This document shows, piece after piece, positions 1 through 8,922 of a DNA stretch of 64,000 nt. Positions within the stretch are counted from its first letter, which is position 1, and each line of letters opens with the position of its first letter. Location of the stretch: the NCBI GenBank assembly GCA_016180945.1, contig JACPAG010000003.1, forward strand, positions 107,394 through 171,393. Direction: 5' to 3'. Below the pieces are notes generated by a model. That model ran no database searches and was not told the origin of the DNA. It saw only the letters and a program-made list of their open reading frames with translations. Made by a program: the position numbers and the translations under genes. The stretch is from Candidatus Aenigmatarchaeota archaeon. Its GTDB lineage: Archaea; Aenigmatarchaeota; Aenigmatarchaeia; GW2011-AR5.

Positions 1-20
1 TAGGGGTATGGTTTTCTAAA

Positions 21-1418
21 ATGAAATATTCAATATCCGTCAAACAGTTCCTGGAAGAAAGCGCGGCAGGAAATATTAATTACGAGGATTTTACAGCCCG
101 GTTAAAAGCAGAACTGCAAAAGCTGCAAAGAAAATACAATCTTTTTCAATGCATAAGCAACATGAAAAGCGCACCTTCGCCTCCCTTATTTGGCTTACCC
201 ATTTCTGTGAAGGACAACATTTGCACTAAAGGCATACAAAGCTCTGCAGGTTCGCGCATACTTCAAGGTTATGTTCCTCCTTTCGATGCGACGTGCGTTT
301 CCCGCCTTAAAAGCGAGTCAGCCCTGATAATAGGAAAAACAAACCAGGACGAGTTCGGCTTCGGCACGTTTTCCGTCAACAGCGGTTACGGCATTCCTAA
401 AAATCCGCTGGATATAACGCGCGCATGCGGCGGCTCTTCCGGCGGTGCAGCCGGGGTGACAGCCGCATTGCAGATGCCCCATATTGCGTTAGCCGAATCT
501 ACGGGCGGCTCTATCAGTTGTCCTGCCGCATTTTGCTCTGTTGTCGGCTTAACGCCTACCTATGGATTGGTTTCAAGATACGGTCTTATAGATTATGCAA
601 ACTCGCTGGACAAGATAGGCCCTATAGGAAGAAGCGTTTACGATATCGCTCTCGCACTTTCCAGGATTGCCGGGCACGATAAAAATGATTCCACGTCAAT
701 CAGAAAAGAAACCTACAGTTATACGAAGCACGTTTCCAGAAGGAAAGACCTGAAAGGAATAAGGATAGGAATACCAAAAGAATATTTCAAAAATGTCGAC
801 AGGAAGATAGAAAAGTCCGTGCGGGCTGCGATAAATAAGATGGAAAGCCTTGGGGCCGTATGCAAGGAAATATCGCTGCCCAACACGAAATATGCCCTGT
901 CGTCTTATTACATCATAGCAACAGCCGAAGCGTCAACCAACCTGGCCAGGTACTGCGGTCTCCGTTACGGCCTTCACCAAGAGTTAGAAGGCTCGTTCAA
1001 CGAATATTTCTCCCGCGTGCGAAGCGCCGGCTTTGGCGAAGAGGCAAAGCGGCGAATAATTCTGGGCACGTTTGCAAGGATGTCCGGCTACAGGGATGCC
1101 TATTATCTTAAGGCGATGAAGGTCAGGACGCTGGTAATAAACGAATTCAAGAAGGCATTCAAAAGTTTTGATGTCCTTGCGGCGCCGACGATGCCCATGC
1201 TGCCGCCAAAGTTTTCCCAAATCAAGAAGCTTACTCCGTCGCAGGTTTACCAGATGGACATCCTGACCGTCCCGCCAAACCTCGCCGGCATCCCGATGAT
1301 ATCAGTGCCCGCAGAAAAGAACAGGCCCATCGGCCTGCACCTGATGGCCAACCATTTGGAAGAGGCGAAGCTCATAGAAGTAGCTGGCGTTTTCGAGAGG
1401 AATTCAACAAAGTCATAG
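21..1418 (+). CDS. gatA: Glu/Asp-tRNA amidotransferase subunit A (amidase family)
   Basis: 465-aa ORF. Amidase signature stretch ACGGSSGGAAGVTAA and ISVKDNICTKG. gatB lies 2 kb downstream on the same strand. Confidence 0.9.
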   Translation: MKYSISVKQFLEESAAGNINYEDFTARLKAELQKLQRKYNLFQCISNMKSAPSPPLFGLPISVKDNICTKGIQSSAGSRILQGYVPPFDATCVSRLKSESALIIGKTNQDEFGFGTFSVNSGYGIPKNPLDITRACGGSSGGAAGVTAALQMPHIALAESTGGSISCPAAFCSVVGLTPTYGLVSRYGLIDYANSLDKIGPIGRSVYDIALALSRIAGHDKNDSTSIRKETYSYTKHVSRRKDLKGIRIGIPKEYFKNVDRKIEKSVRAAINKMESLGAVCKEISLPNTKYALSSYYIIATAEASTNLARYCGLRYGLHQELEGSFNEYFSRVRSAGFGEEAKRRIILGTFARMSGYRDAYYLKAMKVRTLVINEFKKAFKSFDVLAAPTMPMLPPKFSQIKKLTPSQVYQMDILTVPPNLAGIPMISVPAEKNRPIGLHLMANHLEEAKLIEVAGVFERNSTKS

Positions 1419-1437
1419 TCGGAAAGCGGTTTTAGTT

Positions 1438-2235
1438 ATGGGCGCTGCACTACCAAAACTAGGAAACAGCACAAATCCACGGAAAGAAATAGTCGGCGAT
1501 ATAGAAACCATAGCCGGAATGGGCTTCGATTTCGCAGAACTGGTCATGGAAGCGCCCCAGGGAAGTGCCGAAATTCTTAACAAAAAGGCCAACAGCGTAA
1601 GGAAAACAATAGAAAAGAACAGCCTCTTTGCAACCGCCCACGCCCCTGCCTCCGCGGACCTGGGCCATTTTTACCAGCCGGTACGGGATGCATGGATTGA
1701 ACAGTCCAAGAAAATTGTTTTGTTGTCGGACAAAATAGGCGTAAAGAAGCTCAACTTCCACGCCAACTACTCGTCCCTGATAGTGAAAAACTCCGATTTG
1801 AAGGAAATAATTTTAGACAACCATGTGGAAAGCTTCAGTGCAATTGTGCACTACGCCAGGAAGTTCGGCATAGAAATATTGCTGGAGAATACAATAGAAA
1901 CCGCAAAAGATGTAGCGTATATAGCAGAAAGGGTGAAAGGGCTTCGTATCAATGTCGATGTAGGCCATGCGTTCATCGGAGGCGGAAACAAGGCGGTTAT
2001 AAATTTCATAAAGACGTTTCGTGACAATTTGAGCCATCTGCATTTTCACGATAACAACGGCAGGAGAGACGACCACCTCTCTATAGGCCAGGGGAAGATA
2101 AATTTCCCGCTTATCGTCAAGGAATTGCAGAAAACAGATTACAGTAACACGATAAACTTCGAGGTCTTCACAAAAAACCGGGCATATGCAAAGCATTCTA
2201 TGAACATATTCAAGAAAATGTGGTCCTCTGAATAG
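1438..2235 (+). CDS. sugar phosphate isomerase/epimerase (xylose-isomerase-like TIM barrel)
   Basis: 265-aa ORF. C-terminal block LSHLHFHDNNGRRDDHLSIGQGKINF is typical of the AP-endonuclease-2/xylose-isomerase-like TIM barrel family. Confidence 0.65.
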   Translation: MGAALPKLGNSTNPRKEIVGDIETIAGMGFDFAELVMEAPQGSAEILNKKANSVRKTIEKNSLFATAHAPASADLGHFYQPVRDAWIEQSKKIVLLSDKIGVKKLNFHANYSSLIVKNSDLKEIILDNHVESFSAIVHYARKFGIEILLENTIETAKDVAYIAERVKGLRINVDVGHAFIGGGNKAVINFIKTFRDNLSHLHFHDNNGRRDDHLSIGQGKINFPLIVKELQKTDYSNTINFEVFTKNRAYAKHSMNIFKKMWSSE

Positions 2236-2448
2236 ACTCATGAAATGAGGGTATGGAGGTAGGGGATACATTCGAAAAGCAAAGCTTTTCGATATGGCAA
2301 AGAATCTTGGATTCTTTGAGCACGACTGGAAGGAGCAAGAATTGTAATACAATCGAAGAACAAAGTTCTTCGATGCATGGAAGGACTGAGCTCAGTCCTT
2401 CGAATGTGGCGCTCGACTTTTTGTCGCAGCAAAAAGGGGAGAGGGATA

Positions 2449-3213
2449 ATGAAAACAGAAACAAAAGCGGCAATACAGGCCGCAAAAGCTGCCGGGCGGA
2501 TAGCAAAAAAATATTTCCGGAAAAAGCTCCTTATAGAAAAAAAGACAGACGATACGCCCGTTACCATAGCCGACCGCGAATGCGAGAAAAAAATAGTCGG
2601 CGTCTTGAAAGAACAATTCCCTGGTTACAGCATACTTGGCGAAGAGTCGGGTTTTACGGACAACAGATCTGAATGCAAATGGATAATAGACCCTATTGAC
2701 GGCACCAAAGAGTTCATAGCCGGATTGCCGTTCTTCGGCACGCTGATAGCCCTGGAAAAGAAGGGAAAAATAGTTTCAGGGGTGGCGTATATGCCTCTTT
2801 TCAACACGCTGGCTTTTGCCGAAAGGGGAAAAGGCGCATACGTCAACGGCAAAAAGGCAGGCGTCTCAAAAAGGGATAAGATAGAAAATTCTCTTGTTAT
2901 GTACGGTTCTATCAAAACCTTTTTCAAAAAAGGAGTCGGGGAAAAGGTTTTGAATATACTGAAAATTGCCCGGTCAAAAAGCATCGGCTCTGTATATGGC
3001 GATATTCTTGTGGCCCAGGGCATCGCCGATGCGTCCGTCGAAGCAGCAGCCCATCCCTGGGATATCGCCGCTGCAAAAATAATTGTAGAAGAGGCCGGCG
3101 GGAAGGTGACAGACTTTTCAGGCAATGACACCATTCATGGCGGCAATGCCGTTGTGTCAAACGGCAGGATACACGAAAAGATTATAGAAATTCTGAATAG
3201 AGGAAGAGAATGA
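2449..3213 (+). CDS. inositol monophosphatase / fructose-1,6-bisphosphatase family protein (SuhB-like)
   Basis: Motifs WIIDPIDGTKEF and HPWDIAAA. The ORF-track start (2377) lies inside a hairpin array. The ATG at 2449 follows the conserved leader cassette ending GGGGAGAGGGATA. Confidence 0.85.
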   Translation: MKTETKAAIQAAKAAGRIAKKYFRKKLLIEKKTDDTPVTIADRECEKKIVGVLKEQFPGYSILGEESGFTDNRSECKWIIDPIDGTKEFIAGLPFFGTLIALEKKGKIVSGVAYMPLFNTLAFAERGKGAYVNGKKAGVSKRDKIENSLVMYGSIKTFFKKGVGEKVLNILKIARSKSIGSVYGDILVAQGIADASVEAAAHPWDIAAAKIIVEEAGGKVTDFSGNDTIHGGNAVVSNGRIHEKIIEILNRGRE

Positions 3214-3429
3214 GATTTAAAGAAGGAAAGTTCGGCAATAAATATCTTGACGAAGTAATACTTCACAAGATTGTGAAGAAAAATAATATGGGATACATTC
3301 GAAAAGCATGGCTTTTCGATGCAAGAAGGACTGAAAGTCCTTCTGCACAGAAGGAGCAAAGTTCCTTCTTGTGTGCCAAAAACCTACGGTTTTTGAGCAC
3401 GACTTGCGACTGAAAGGAGTAAGGGGTAT

Positions 3430-4809
3430 ATGAAGATAGGATTAGAAGTGCACGTGGCTTTGACCACGGAAACAAAGCTTTTTTGCGGCTGCCCGAACAA
3501 AGTCGTCAAAGAACCAAATACAGAGACATGTGAATATTGCATCGGCCTGCCGGGAAGTAAGCCGCAGCTCAACGCAAAGGCCGTGGAATGCGGCATCAAA
3601 ATAGGGCTTGCGCTCAATTGTAAATTCCCGCCAGAAATGTTCTTCTCCCGCAAGTCTTATTTCTATCCCGACATGGGAAAGAATTTCCAGATAACGCAAT
3701 ACGAGATTCCGATAGCCAGCGGCGGCGTTATGCATGTAAATAAAAAACCGATAAGAATAACGCGCATAAACCTCGAAGAGGATCCTGCCCGCATAGTTCA
3801 TGTAGGGACGATAACTAAAGCTGAATACGTGCTGCTTGATTACAACCGGTCAGGGGTGCCGTTATGCGAGATAGTGACTGCCCCGGATTTTGCCGGCACG
3901 AAAGAAGTCCGTAATTTTCTTCAGGAATTGTCAAGCATTCTGGAATATCTTGGCGTTTACGATCCCAACATAGAAGGGTCGATGAGGATTGATGCAAATA
4001 TTTCCGTTGCTGAAACGCGCGTCGAAGTGAAGAATATATCGGGCTTCAGGGACGTGGAAAAGGCATTGTCGTACGAGATAGTAAGGCAGCAGAACATGGT
4101 GCGGCTGGGCGAACAAATAGTCCGCGAAACCAGGGGATGGGACGCTGTTTCCGGAGTCACGAGGTCTCTGAGAGCAAAAGAAGGGGAGGAAGATTACGGC
4201 TATATTTTCGAATCCGACCTGCCGCGCATAGTTCTGGAAAAAGGAAAGATAGGGCATATCAGAAAACAGCTGCCGGAGCTTGCAGCCCAGAAGATAAGGC
4301 GTTACCAGCGCATGGGAATAGCCGAAGAGTTGGCTGTTGCCATAACAACCGAGCCCTCGCTGGCTGACATGTTTGAGCGCGTTTCAAGAGAGGTTGATAC
4401 CCAGCTTGCCGCCAGATGGTTTGCCGGCGAAATAAAAAAGACCCTGAATTACAGCAACCTGAGGATGAAAGAGACAGGAATGAAGCCTGAATACTTGGTC
4501 AAGTTGCTTAAGTTTATAGAAACAGGAAAGCTGACGGAAAGGACGGCCGAAATCATGCTTCGCGAAATCGTAAAAAGGCCCGAGGACCCCGAAGCCATCC
4601 TTAAAGGCAAAGACATAGTAAGGATAGTTGATGAAACCGCTCTCATGGAAATGATAAAAGCCGTTCTCAACGAGAATGCCCAGGCGATTATCGATTACAA
4701 ATCCGGCAAAAAAGAGGCGTTCAACTTTTTGGTCGGCCAGGTAATGAAAAAAAGTCAGGGCCGCGGCGACCCCGAGACGATAAGGAAGTTATTAAGGAGT
4801 AAGTTGTAG
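3430..4809 (+). CDS. gatB: Asp/Glu-tRNA amidotransferase subunit B
   Basis: 459 aa. N-terminal IGLEVHVAL...KLFCGCP and C-terminal tail NFLVGQVMKKSQGRGDP are typical of GatB. The size fits GatB rather than GatE. Confidence 0.9.
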   Translation: MKIGLEVHVALTTETKLFCGCPNKVVKEPNTETCEYCIGLPGSKPQLNAKAVECGIKIGLALNCKFPPEMFFSRKSYFYPDMGKNFQITQYEIPIASGGVMHVNKKPIRITRINLEEDPARIVHVGTITKAEYVLLDYNRSGVPLCEIVTAPDFAGTKEVRNFLQELSSILEYLGVYDPNIEGSMRIDANISVAETRVEVKNISGFRDVEKALSYEIVRQQNMVRLGEQIVRETRGWDAVSGVTRSLRAKEGEEDYGYIFESDLPRIVLEKGKIGHIRKQLPELAAQKIRRYQRMGIAEELAVAITTEPSLADMFERVSREVDTQLAARWFAGEIKKTLNYSNLRMKETGMKPEYLVKLLKFIETGKLTERTAEIMLREIVKRPEDPEAILKGKDIVRIVDETALMEMIKAVLNENAQAIIDYKSGKKEAFNFLVGQVMKKSQGRGDPETIRKLLRSKL

Positions 4810-5127
4810 CGAATAACCTTTTGCAGGTTCTTCAGGCTTGCACATTTCTCTTTTAAACTGCGCAACGTATTCGTGTATCCACCCATTTCCAGAAGGATAT
4901 GTTATTGTGCCGCCACGGATAACCCCATCATGAGTGGATATCTCTGCTCTTATACTAATCGACGCTGCAAACGGAAACGTAGACCTTCGAACTATGAACT
5001 CTCCAGGATACGGCTGTTGTATTACTAATCGGATTTTTCCATCCGCCATCTCAACAGAAGAAGGTGGATAAAAACCACTATGAAGAACTGGCTTACGAAG
5101 TGTATACAGCTCAGAAACCTTTGCCAT
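4792..5127 (-). CDS. hypothetical protein
   Basis: 111-aa ORF occupying an otherwise empty gap between gatB and the tRNA. No motif recognised. Overlaps the gatB end by 18 nt. Confidence 0.35.
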   Translation of the reverse strand: MAKVSELYTLRKPVLHSGFYPPSSVEMADGKIRLVIQQPYPGEFIVRRSTFPFAASISIRAEISTHDGVIRGGTITYPSGNGWIHEYVAQFKREMCKPEEPAKGYSLQLTP

Positions 5128-5167
5128 TTTAAAACTTATACCCCAAAATCCTTTTAACCTTTCTAAG

Positions 5168-5272
5168 CGGGCGCGACGGGATTCGAACCCGCAGCATCTT
5201 GGTCCGAAGCTTCGTTTTCTATTCGCGAAGCGAATAGAATCAAGCGCTCTATCCGGGTTGAGCTACGCGCCC
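5168..5272 (-). tRNA. tRNA-Arg (anticodon TCG) with a ~30-nt intron at non-canonical position 30/31
   Basis: Reverse complement reads GGGCGCG-TA-GCTC-AACCCGGATA-GAGC-G-CTTG[ATTCTATTCGCTTCGCGAATAGAAAACGAA]G-CTTCGGA-CCAAG-ATGCT-GCGGG-TTCGAAT-CCCGT-CGCGCCC-G. The acceptor stem is a perfect 7 bp. A perfect 5-bp anticodon stem forms only after the bracketed insert is removed. No CCA is encoded. Confidence 0.8.
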
Positions 5273-5285
5273 TCACAATATCATA

Positions 5286-5333
5286 ATAATATGGCAATCG
5301 ACTTTTTGTAACAACAAAAAGGGGATTATGTAA
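5286..5333 (+). promoter_or_regulatory. orphan copy of the conserved leader cassette, ending in a start-stop (ATG TAA)
   Basis: AATAATATGGCAATCGAC + hairpin CTTTTTG-TAACAA-CAAAAAG + GGGGATT-ATG-TAA. Same architecture as the cassettes at 2400, 25671 and 27151. Confidence 0.4.
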
Positions 5334-5358
5334 GTAATCTAATTCATTCCAAAGATTT

Positions 5359-6000
5359 ATGTATTTTAGAATAAGTTATAAAGTCATGCTGATGGAGGTC
5401 TACGATACATTATTAAAAGAACACGGTCGCCAGAACTGGTGGCCGTGCAAAACAGGCAATAAGTTCGAGATATGCATAGGCGCCATCCTGACACAGAACA
5501 CGAACTGGGCAAACGCCGAGAAGGCGATAGATAACCTGATAAAAGCCAAGTGCATGGCCCCAAAAAAGATTGCAGAGATGGACGTCAGAAAATTGCAGTC
5601 ATTAATTAGGTCCTCTGGATTCTTCAGGCAGAAAGCCCGGCGATTGAAAGAATTTTCTCATTTTGTCCTTACCTTTGGCAGCGCCAAGCAATTTCTCAAG
5701 AACGTAACAAGAGATGAACTGCTCAATATAAACGGCATAGGCCCTGAAACTGCAGATTCCATCTTACTTTACGCCTGCGGAAAACCCTTTTTCGTTGTTG
5801 ATGCGTATACAAAAAGAATGTTTACGGCGTTGGGCATGGTTGAAGGTACTATGGACTACGAAGGCATGCGGGGTTTTTTTGAAGGGAAAATAATAAAAGA
5901 CATCGCCCTCTACAGGGAATTCCACGCCCTTATAGTGAAGCACTCAAAGACGTGCTGCAAAGGCTTTGTCACGGAGAAATGTATTCTGCGCAATTTATAA
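5359..6000 (+). CDS. endonuclease III-related HhH-GPD family protein
   Basis: GRQNWWP, ILTQNTNW and helix-hairpin-helix INGIGPETADSILLY followed by VVDAYTKR. The true start is probably the ATG at 5386 or 5392. Confidence 0.7.
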   Translation: MYFRISYKVMLMEVYDTLLKEHGRQNWWPCKTGNKFEICIGAILTQNTNWANAEKAIDNLIKAKCMAPKKIAEMDVRKLQSLIRSSGFFRQKARRLKEFSHFVLTFGSAKQFLKNVTRDELLNINGIGPETADSILLYACGKPFFVVDAYTKRMFTALGMVEGTMDYEGMRGFFEGKIIKDIALYREFHALIVKHSKTCCKGFVTEKCILRNL

Positions 6001-6044
6001 ACAGAAATCGACATATAATTATAAATTCATTGGCGGATGGTTTG

Positions 6045-6773
6045 ATGGCGCTTCTCTATATAATCTCAGCAGTAATAGTGGTCAGCCTTATATCGCTTGT
6101 TGGCGCGTTGACAATAGCCGTCAACAAGAGACTTCTCAAAAAAGTGCTGTTCACCTTTGTAAGCTTCGCCGTAGGCACTTTGCTTGGCGTCTCTTTTCTG
6201 GATTTGCTCCCGGAAGCAATGGGGTACGGCATAAAAAGCGTTTTTATATTCCCCCTCTTGGGAATAATATCCTTTTTTATCTTGGAGAAGTTCATATTCT
6301 GGCACCACAGGCACGAAGAAAAAGAAATACACTCGTTTACTTATATGAATCTCATCGGCGACGGCCTGCATAATTTCATAGATGGCGCCGTCATAGCTGC
6401 AAGCTTTTTGCACAGCATCCCGTTAGGCGTAGCGACCACGATAGCTATAGCTTTTCACGAGATTCCGCAGGAGATAGGCGATTTTGGCGTTTTAATTTAC
6501 GGCGGCTTCTCCAGAACAAGAGCGTTATTTTTCAACTTTCTTTCCGCCCTTACGGCGATAATCGGAGCATTTGTAGGATTTCTATTCCTCAGCCATTTCA
6601 ACAATTTGCTGCCTTTTCTCTTGGCATTTACAGCCGGTAATTTCATTTACATCGCCGGCGTGGACCTGCTGCCGGAATTGAGAAAAGAGAGGGGCGCCAG
6701 AACGTCTTTAGTCCAGCTCATTTCTATCATTGTCGGCATCCTTGTCGTGATGCAGATAAATACTGTGGTCTGA
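6045..6773 (+). CDS. ZIP family metal (zinc) transporter
   Basis: Polytopic membrane protein with the HEIPQEIGDFGVLI signature. The ORF-track start 5952 overlaps the previous gene, so Met at 6045 (MALLYII...) is preferred. Confidence 0.8.
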   Translation: MALLYIISAVIVVSLISLVGALTIAVNKRLLKKVLFTFVSFAVGTLLGVSFLDLLPEAMGYGIKSVFIFPLLGIISFFILEKFIFWHHRHEEKEIHSFTYMNLIGDGLHNFIDGAVIAASFLHSIPLGVATTIAIAFHEIPQEIGDFGVLIYGGFSRTRALFFNFLSALTAIIGAFVGFLFLSHFNNLLPFLLAFTAGNFIYIAGVDLLPELRKERGARTSLVQLISIIVGILVVMQINTVV

Positions 6774-6787
6774 AGACCACAGTATTC

Positions 6788-6850
6788 TCGTAGGAATTAA
6801 GAATATTATAAACTACCTGAAGGTCGTAGTGTTAAACTTAATTCCTACGA
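6788..6850 (+). repeat. nested hairpin (14-bp outer stem enclosing an inner hairpin)
   Basis: TCGTAGGAATTAAG (6788-6801) pairs perfectly with CTTAATTCCTACGA (6837-6850). Preceded by the hairpin ACTGTGGTC-TGA-AGACCACAGT that overlaps the ZIP gene stop. Confidence 0.6.
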
Positions 6851-6853
6851 TAA

Positions 6854-7405
6854 TTACGCTATTCCCTGAATAAGCGCCAGAACAAATATCCCGAAAGGAT
6901 ACCCTGCAAGCATGTTGAATACCACGCTTGTCACAGCGCTTAAAATATCCACGGGCTTTGAAATCATGAATTTCTCGGCGAATGCAAAAAAGACGTCCTT
7001 TGCCACGGCCGTTATGAACACCTTTATGAGAAATGAAAACGGCGTCAGGAAGCCAGCCACTAATGCCCCTAATGCATCAACAACATTATAAGGCGAAGGC
7101 ACGAACAACGGCCATTCCGGCTGCGGCAGCGGCAGGAAAAGATACTTGAGACCGTGAAGAATTGGAATCAAAACCAGTAAAAAAAAGAAGGCGAACCACG
7201 GCCCGTACAGCATAGCCAGTATGACGCTCAGGACTGTTGTCAGTTCGACGCCAAAATACCGCACCGCCCCGAAGGCGCTTATTATTGTTTTGTCTATCCA
7301 CAAGAAAACAAAAAGTATCGCCAGCCTGAAATCGAGAACGGCGAAAATAACAAAGCCGGCTATTAAAGTCAGGATAAGGAACGCTACCCCTTTTAAAAAG
7401 TCCAT
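6854..7405 (-). CDS. polytopic membrane protein, unknown function
   Basis: 183 aa, several hydrophobic spans, no recognised motif. Confidence 0.5.
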   Translation of the reverse strand: MDFLKGVAFLILTLIAGFVIFAVLDFRLAILFVFLWIDKTIISAFGAVRYFGVELTTVLSVILAMLYGPWFAFFFLLVLIPILHGLKYLFLPLPQPEWPLFVPSPYNVVDALGALVAGFLTPFSFLIKVFITAVAKDVFFAFAEKFMISKPVDILSAVTSVVFNMLAGYPFGIFVLALIQGIA

Positions 7406-7475
7406 GCAGCAATCACACCTTCTATTATTGCAATACCTGACGCAAGATGAACCCTATTCTTTTTCCTTTGCTTGC

Positions 7476-7494
7476 CGAATGCTCCCTAGGCGAA
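7476..7494 (+). repeat. putative attL core
   Basis: 18/19 identity with 19453-19471. Forms the 5' arm of a 12-bp inverted repeat (CCGAATGCTCCC / GGGAGCATTCGG at 7524-7535). Confidence 0.5.
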
Positions 7495-7619
7495 GCCAAT
7501 CTGAAACGTCATTCCCCGCATTTTGGGAGCATTCGGATTGAATTTATAGCGTGTGATAAGAATTTGAATGCGTAGAGATGTTCGAAGCACTTGATGGAAT
7601 GCAGATAAAAGATATGAAA

Positions 7620-8789
7620 TTATCTGTTAAATTCACTCCAAACATAGTTGCCAGATTTGTCAAAAAGATGGCAGTTCCAGCAGTTATAGTGATTGAATAT
7701 TTCATTCATGATAGATGCAGATATTCTGCTAAAATCTTGTTCCACAGTTGCTAGCGAGAACTCTCTGTCAACTTTTATTATATCTTCATCATTGGGATGT
7801 AACGTAGAAAATGAGTTAGGCAATTTAATAAATGTTCTATTGTAGTTAGTTTTCAAATAAACCTGTATTCTAACATCACCAAAATAATTGTATCGACTTA
7901 GGACATCTGTAGCAAACTGCAAAGTGTGTAATATTTTGATAGCTAATTTTTCATGGATTAGTTTTATACCATTAGCGTGTGCACCAAATTCTTTAGTGTA
8001 CTGTATACAACCATTCCTATGTATTTTAAGAGCCTCGTTGAATTGTACTCCAGCTGGGTGTCTTTTACATGTTATTCCAAATCCAAATGGTTGAGGAAAG
8101 CTTGGTAAATAATCTTTACTGGGAGCTATGAGTGACCCTGAAGGTTTGGGATCTATTAAACTTGGATCTAGCCATGAAAAATCACGAATATCATCAGTAT
8201 TAATTAGTCTTCTATCTAGTATACTCGGTATAACTATTATGTTCCCGAGAATTAGTGCATTTTCTTCTTTCGCTGTAAGATTGTTGATGTACGTTTCTAC
8301 CTCTTCTGCAGTGTAGAACCTCCCCTTATATGCATCAGATATCTCCTGTTCTGTCATTTCAGCAGATTGAAATTCAAACCTTTTATGGAATTTTTTAGTT
8401 CGATTATTATAATGCGGTTTATATTGACTATCTGGGATTTGTAATAAGAGAAATACATTACCATTTATAGCATGATTAACTACGTGAATTCTGGTATGTA
8501 ACCTTGGGGAGACATTCGAAAGTATTAACTGTTCCATTCTTTCCTTGTTCACATTGGATGGGTGAATACCATCTATAGCTACGGGGTATCCACCACGCCC
8601 TGATTCTTGCACGCCAAAAACAACAGTTCCTCCACGTGTATTAGCAAATGCACACACGTCTTTTACAAGATCATCATCGTTAATCGCTTGTTGCTTATAA
8701 TCAAGTATATCACTTTCTGGTATTTTTTGATTAAGAAGAAATTCTATATCATCGTAATTTACATCTGAAAGATTCTTTCTAAATACCAT
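7620..8789 (-). CDS. AlbA_2 (Schlafen-like, divergent AAA-4) domain protein
   Basis: N-terminal block ESDILDYKQQ...VKDVCAFANTRGGTVVFGVQE matches the AlbA_2 putative DNA-binding domain pattern. The C-terminal ~250 aa are unassigned. Confidence 0.6.
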   Translation of the reverse strand: MVFRKNLSDVNYDDIEFLLNQKIPESDILDYKQQAINDDDLVKDVCAFANTRGGTVVFGVQESGRGGYPVAIDGIHPSNVNKERMEQLILSNVSPRLHTRIHVVNHAINGNVFLLLQIPDSQYKPHYNNRTKKFHKRFEFQSAEMTEQEISDAYKGRFYTAEEVETYINNLTAKEENALILGNIIVIPSILDRRLINTDDIRDFSWLDPSLIDPKPSGSLIAPSKDYLPSFPQPFGFGITCKRHPAGVQFNEALKIHRNGCIQYTKEFGAHANGIKLIHEKLAIKILHTLQFATDVLSRYNYFGDVRIQVYLKTNYNRTFIKLPNSFSTLHPNDEDIIKVDREFSLATVEQDFSRISASIMNEIFNHYNCWNCHLFDKSGNYVWSEFNR

Positions 8790-8922
8790 GAGATATTTTG
8801 CTCAGAGAAAACTCTTAAATCATTGGTTGAGCCTTTGGCTCCTTTTTGAAACTTACCAAATGATATGTTTCGGATGCACTCTGAAAAATTGTATATAAAG
8901 GGTAGATTATCGTATATTTGTC

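Noticed and set aside
2210-2672. ORF-track entries 2210..2506(-), 2238..2567(-), 2253..2672(+), 2392..2616(-) and the 2377 start of the IMPase ORF
   Set aside because: They are translations of the hairpin array and leader cassette. The palindromic DNA gives open frames on both strands. The sequences are low-complexity and show no protein motif. The IMPase homology begins only at the Met at 2449.
2263-3425. Possibility that the hairpin arrays are CRISPR arrays
   Set aside because: There is no constant repeat alternating with unique spacers at fixed period. Each hairpin has a different stem sequence, units are 18-30 nt and directly abutting, and no cas genes are in the window.
5168-5272. Reading the tRNA with a canonical 37/38 intron, which would give anticodon CTA (amber suppressor)
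   Set aside because: That reading leaves an A-C mismatch in the anticodon stem and a pyrimidine at position 37. Removing 30 nt at 30/31 gives a perfect stem and a standard CTTCGGA loop (U33, purine 37) with anticodon TCG. The same solution works for tRNA-Leu(TAG).
7561-7570. ATTTGAATGC at 7561 as an alternative left att site (matches the left half of the right-end site at 19447-19456)
   Set aside because: Only a 10-nt match, which is expected by chance in 64 kb. The 18/19 match at 7476-7494 is longer and fits the compositional boundary equally well. It is kept in mind as a possible secondary site.
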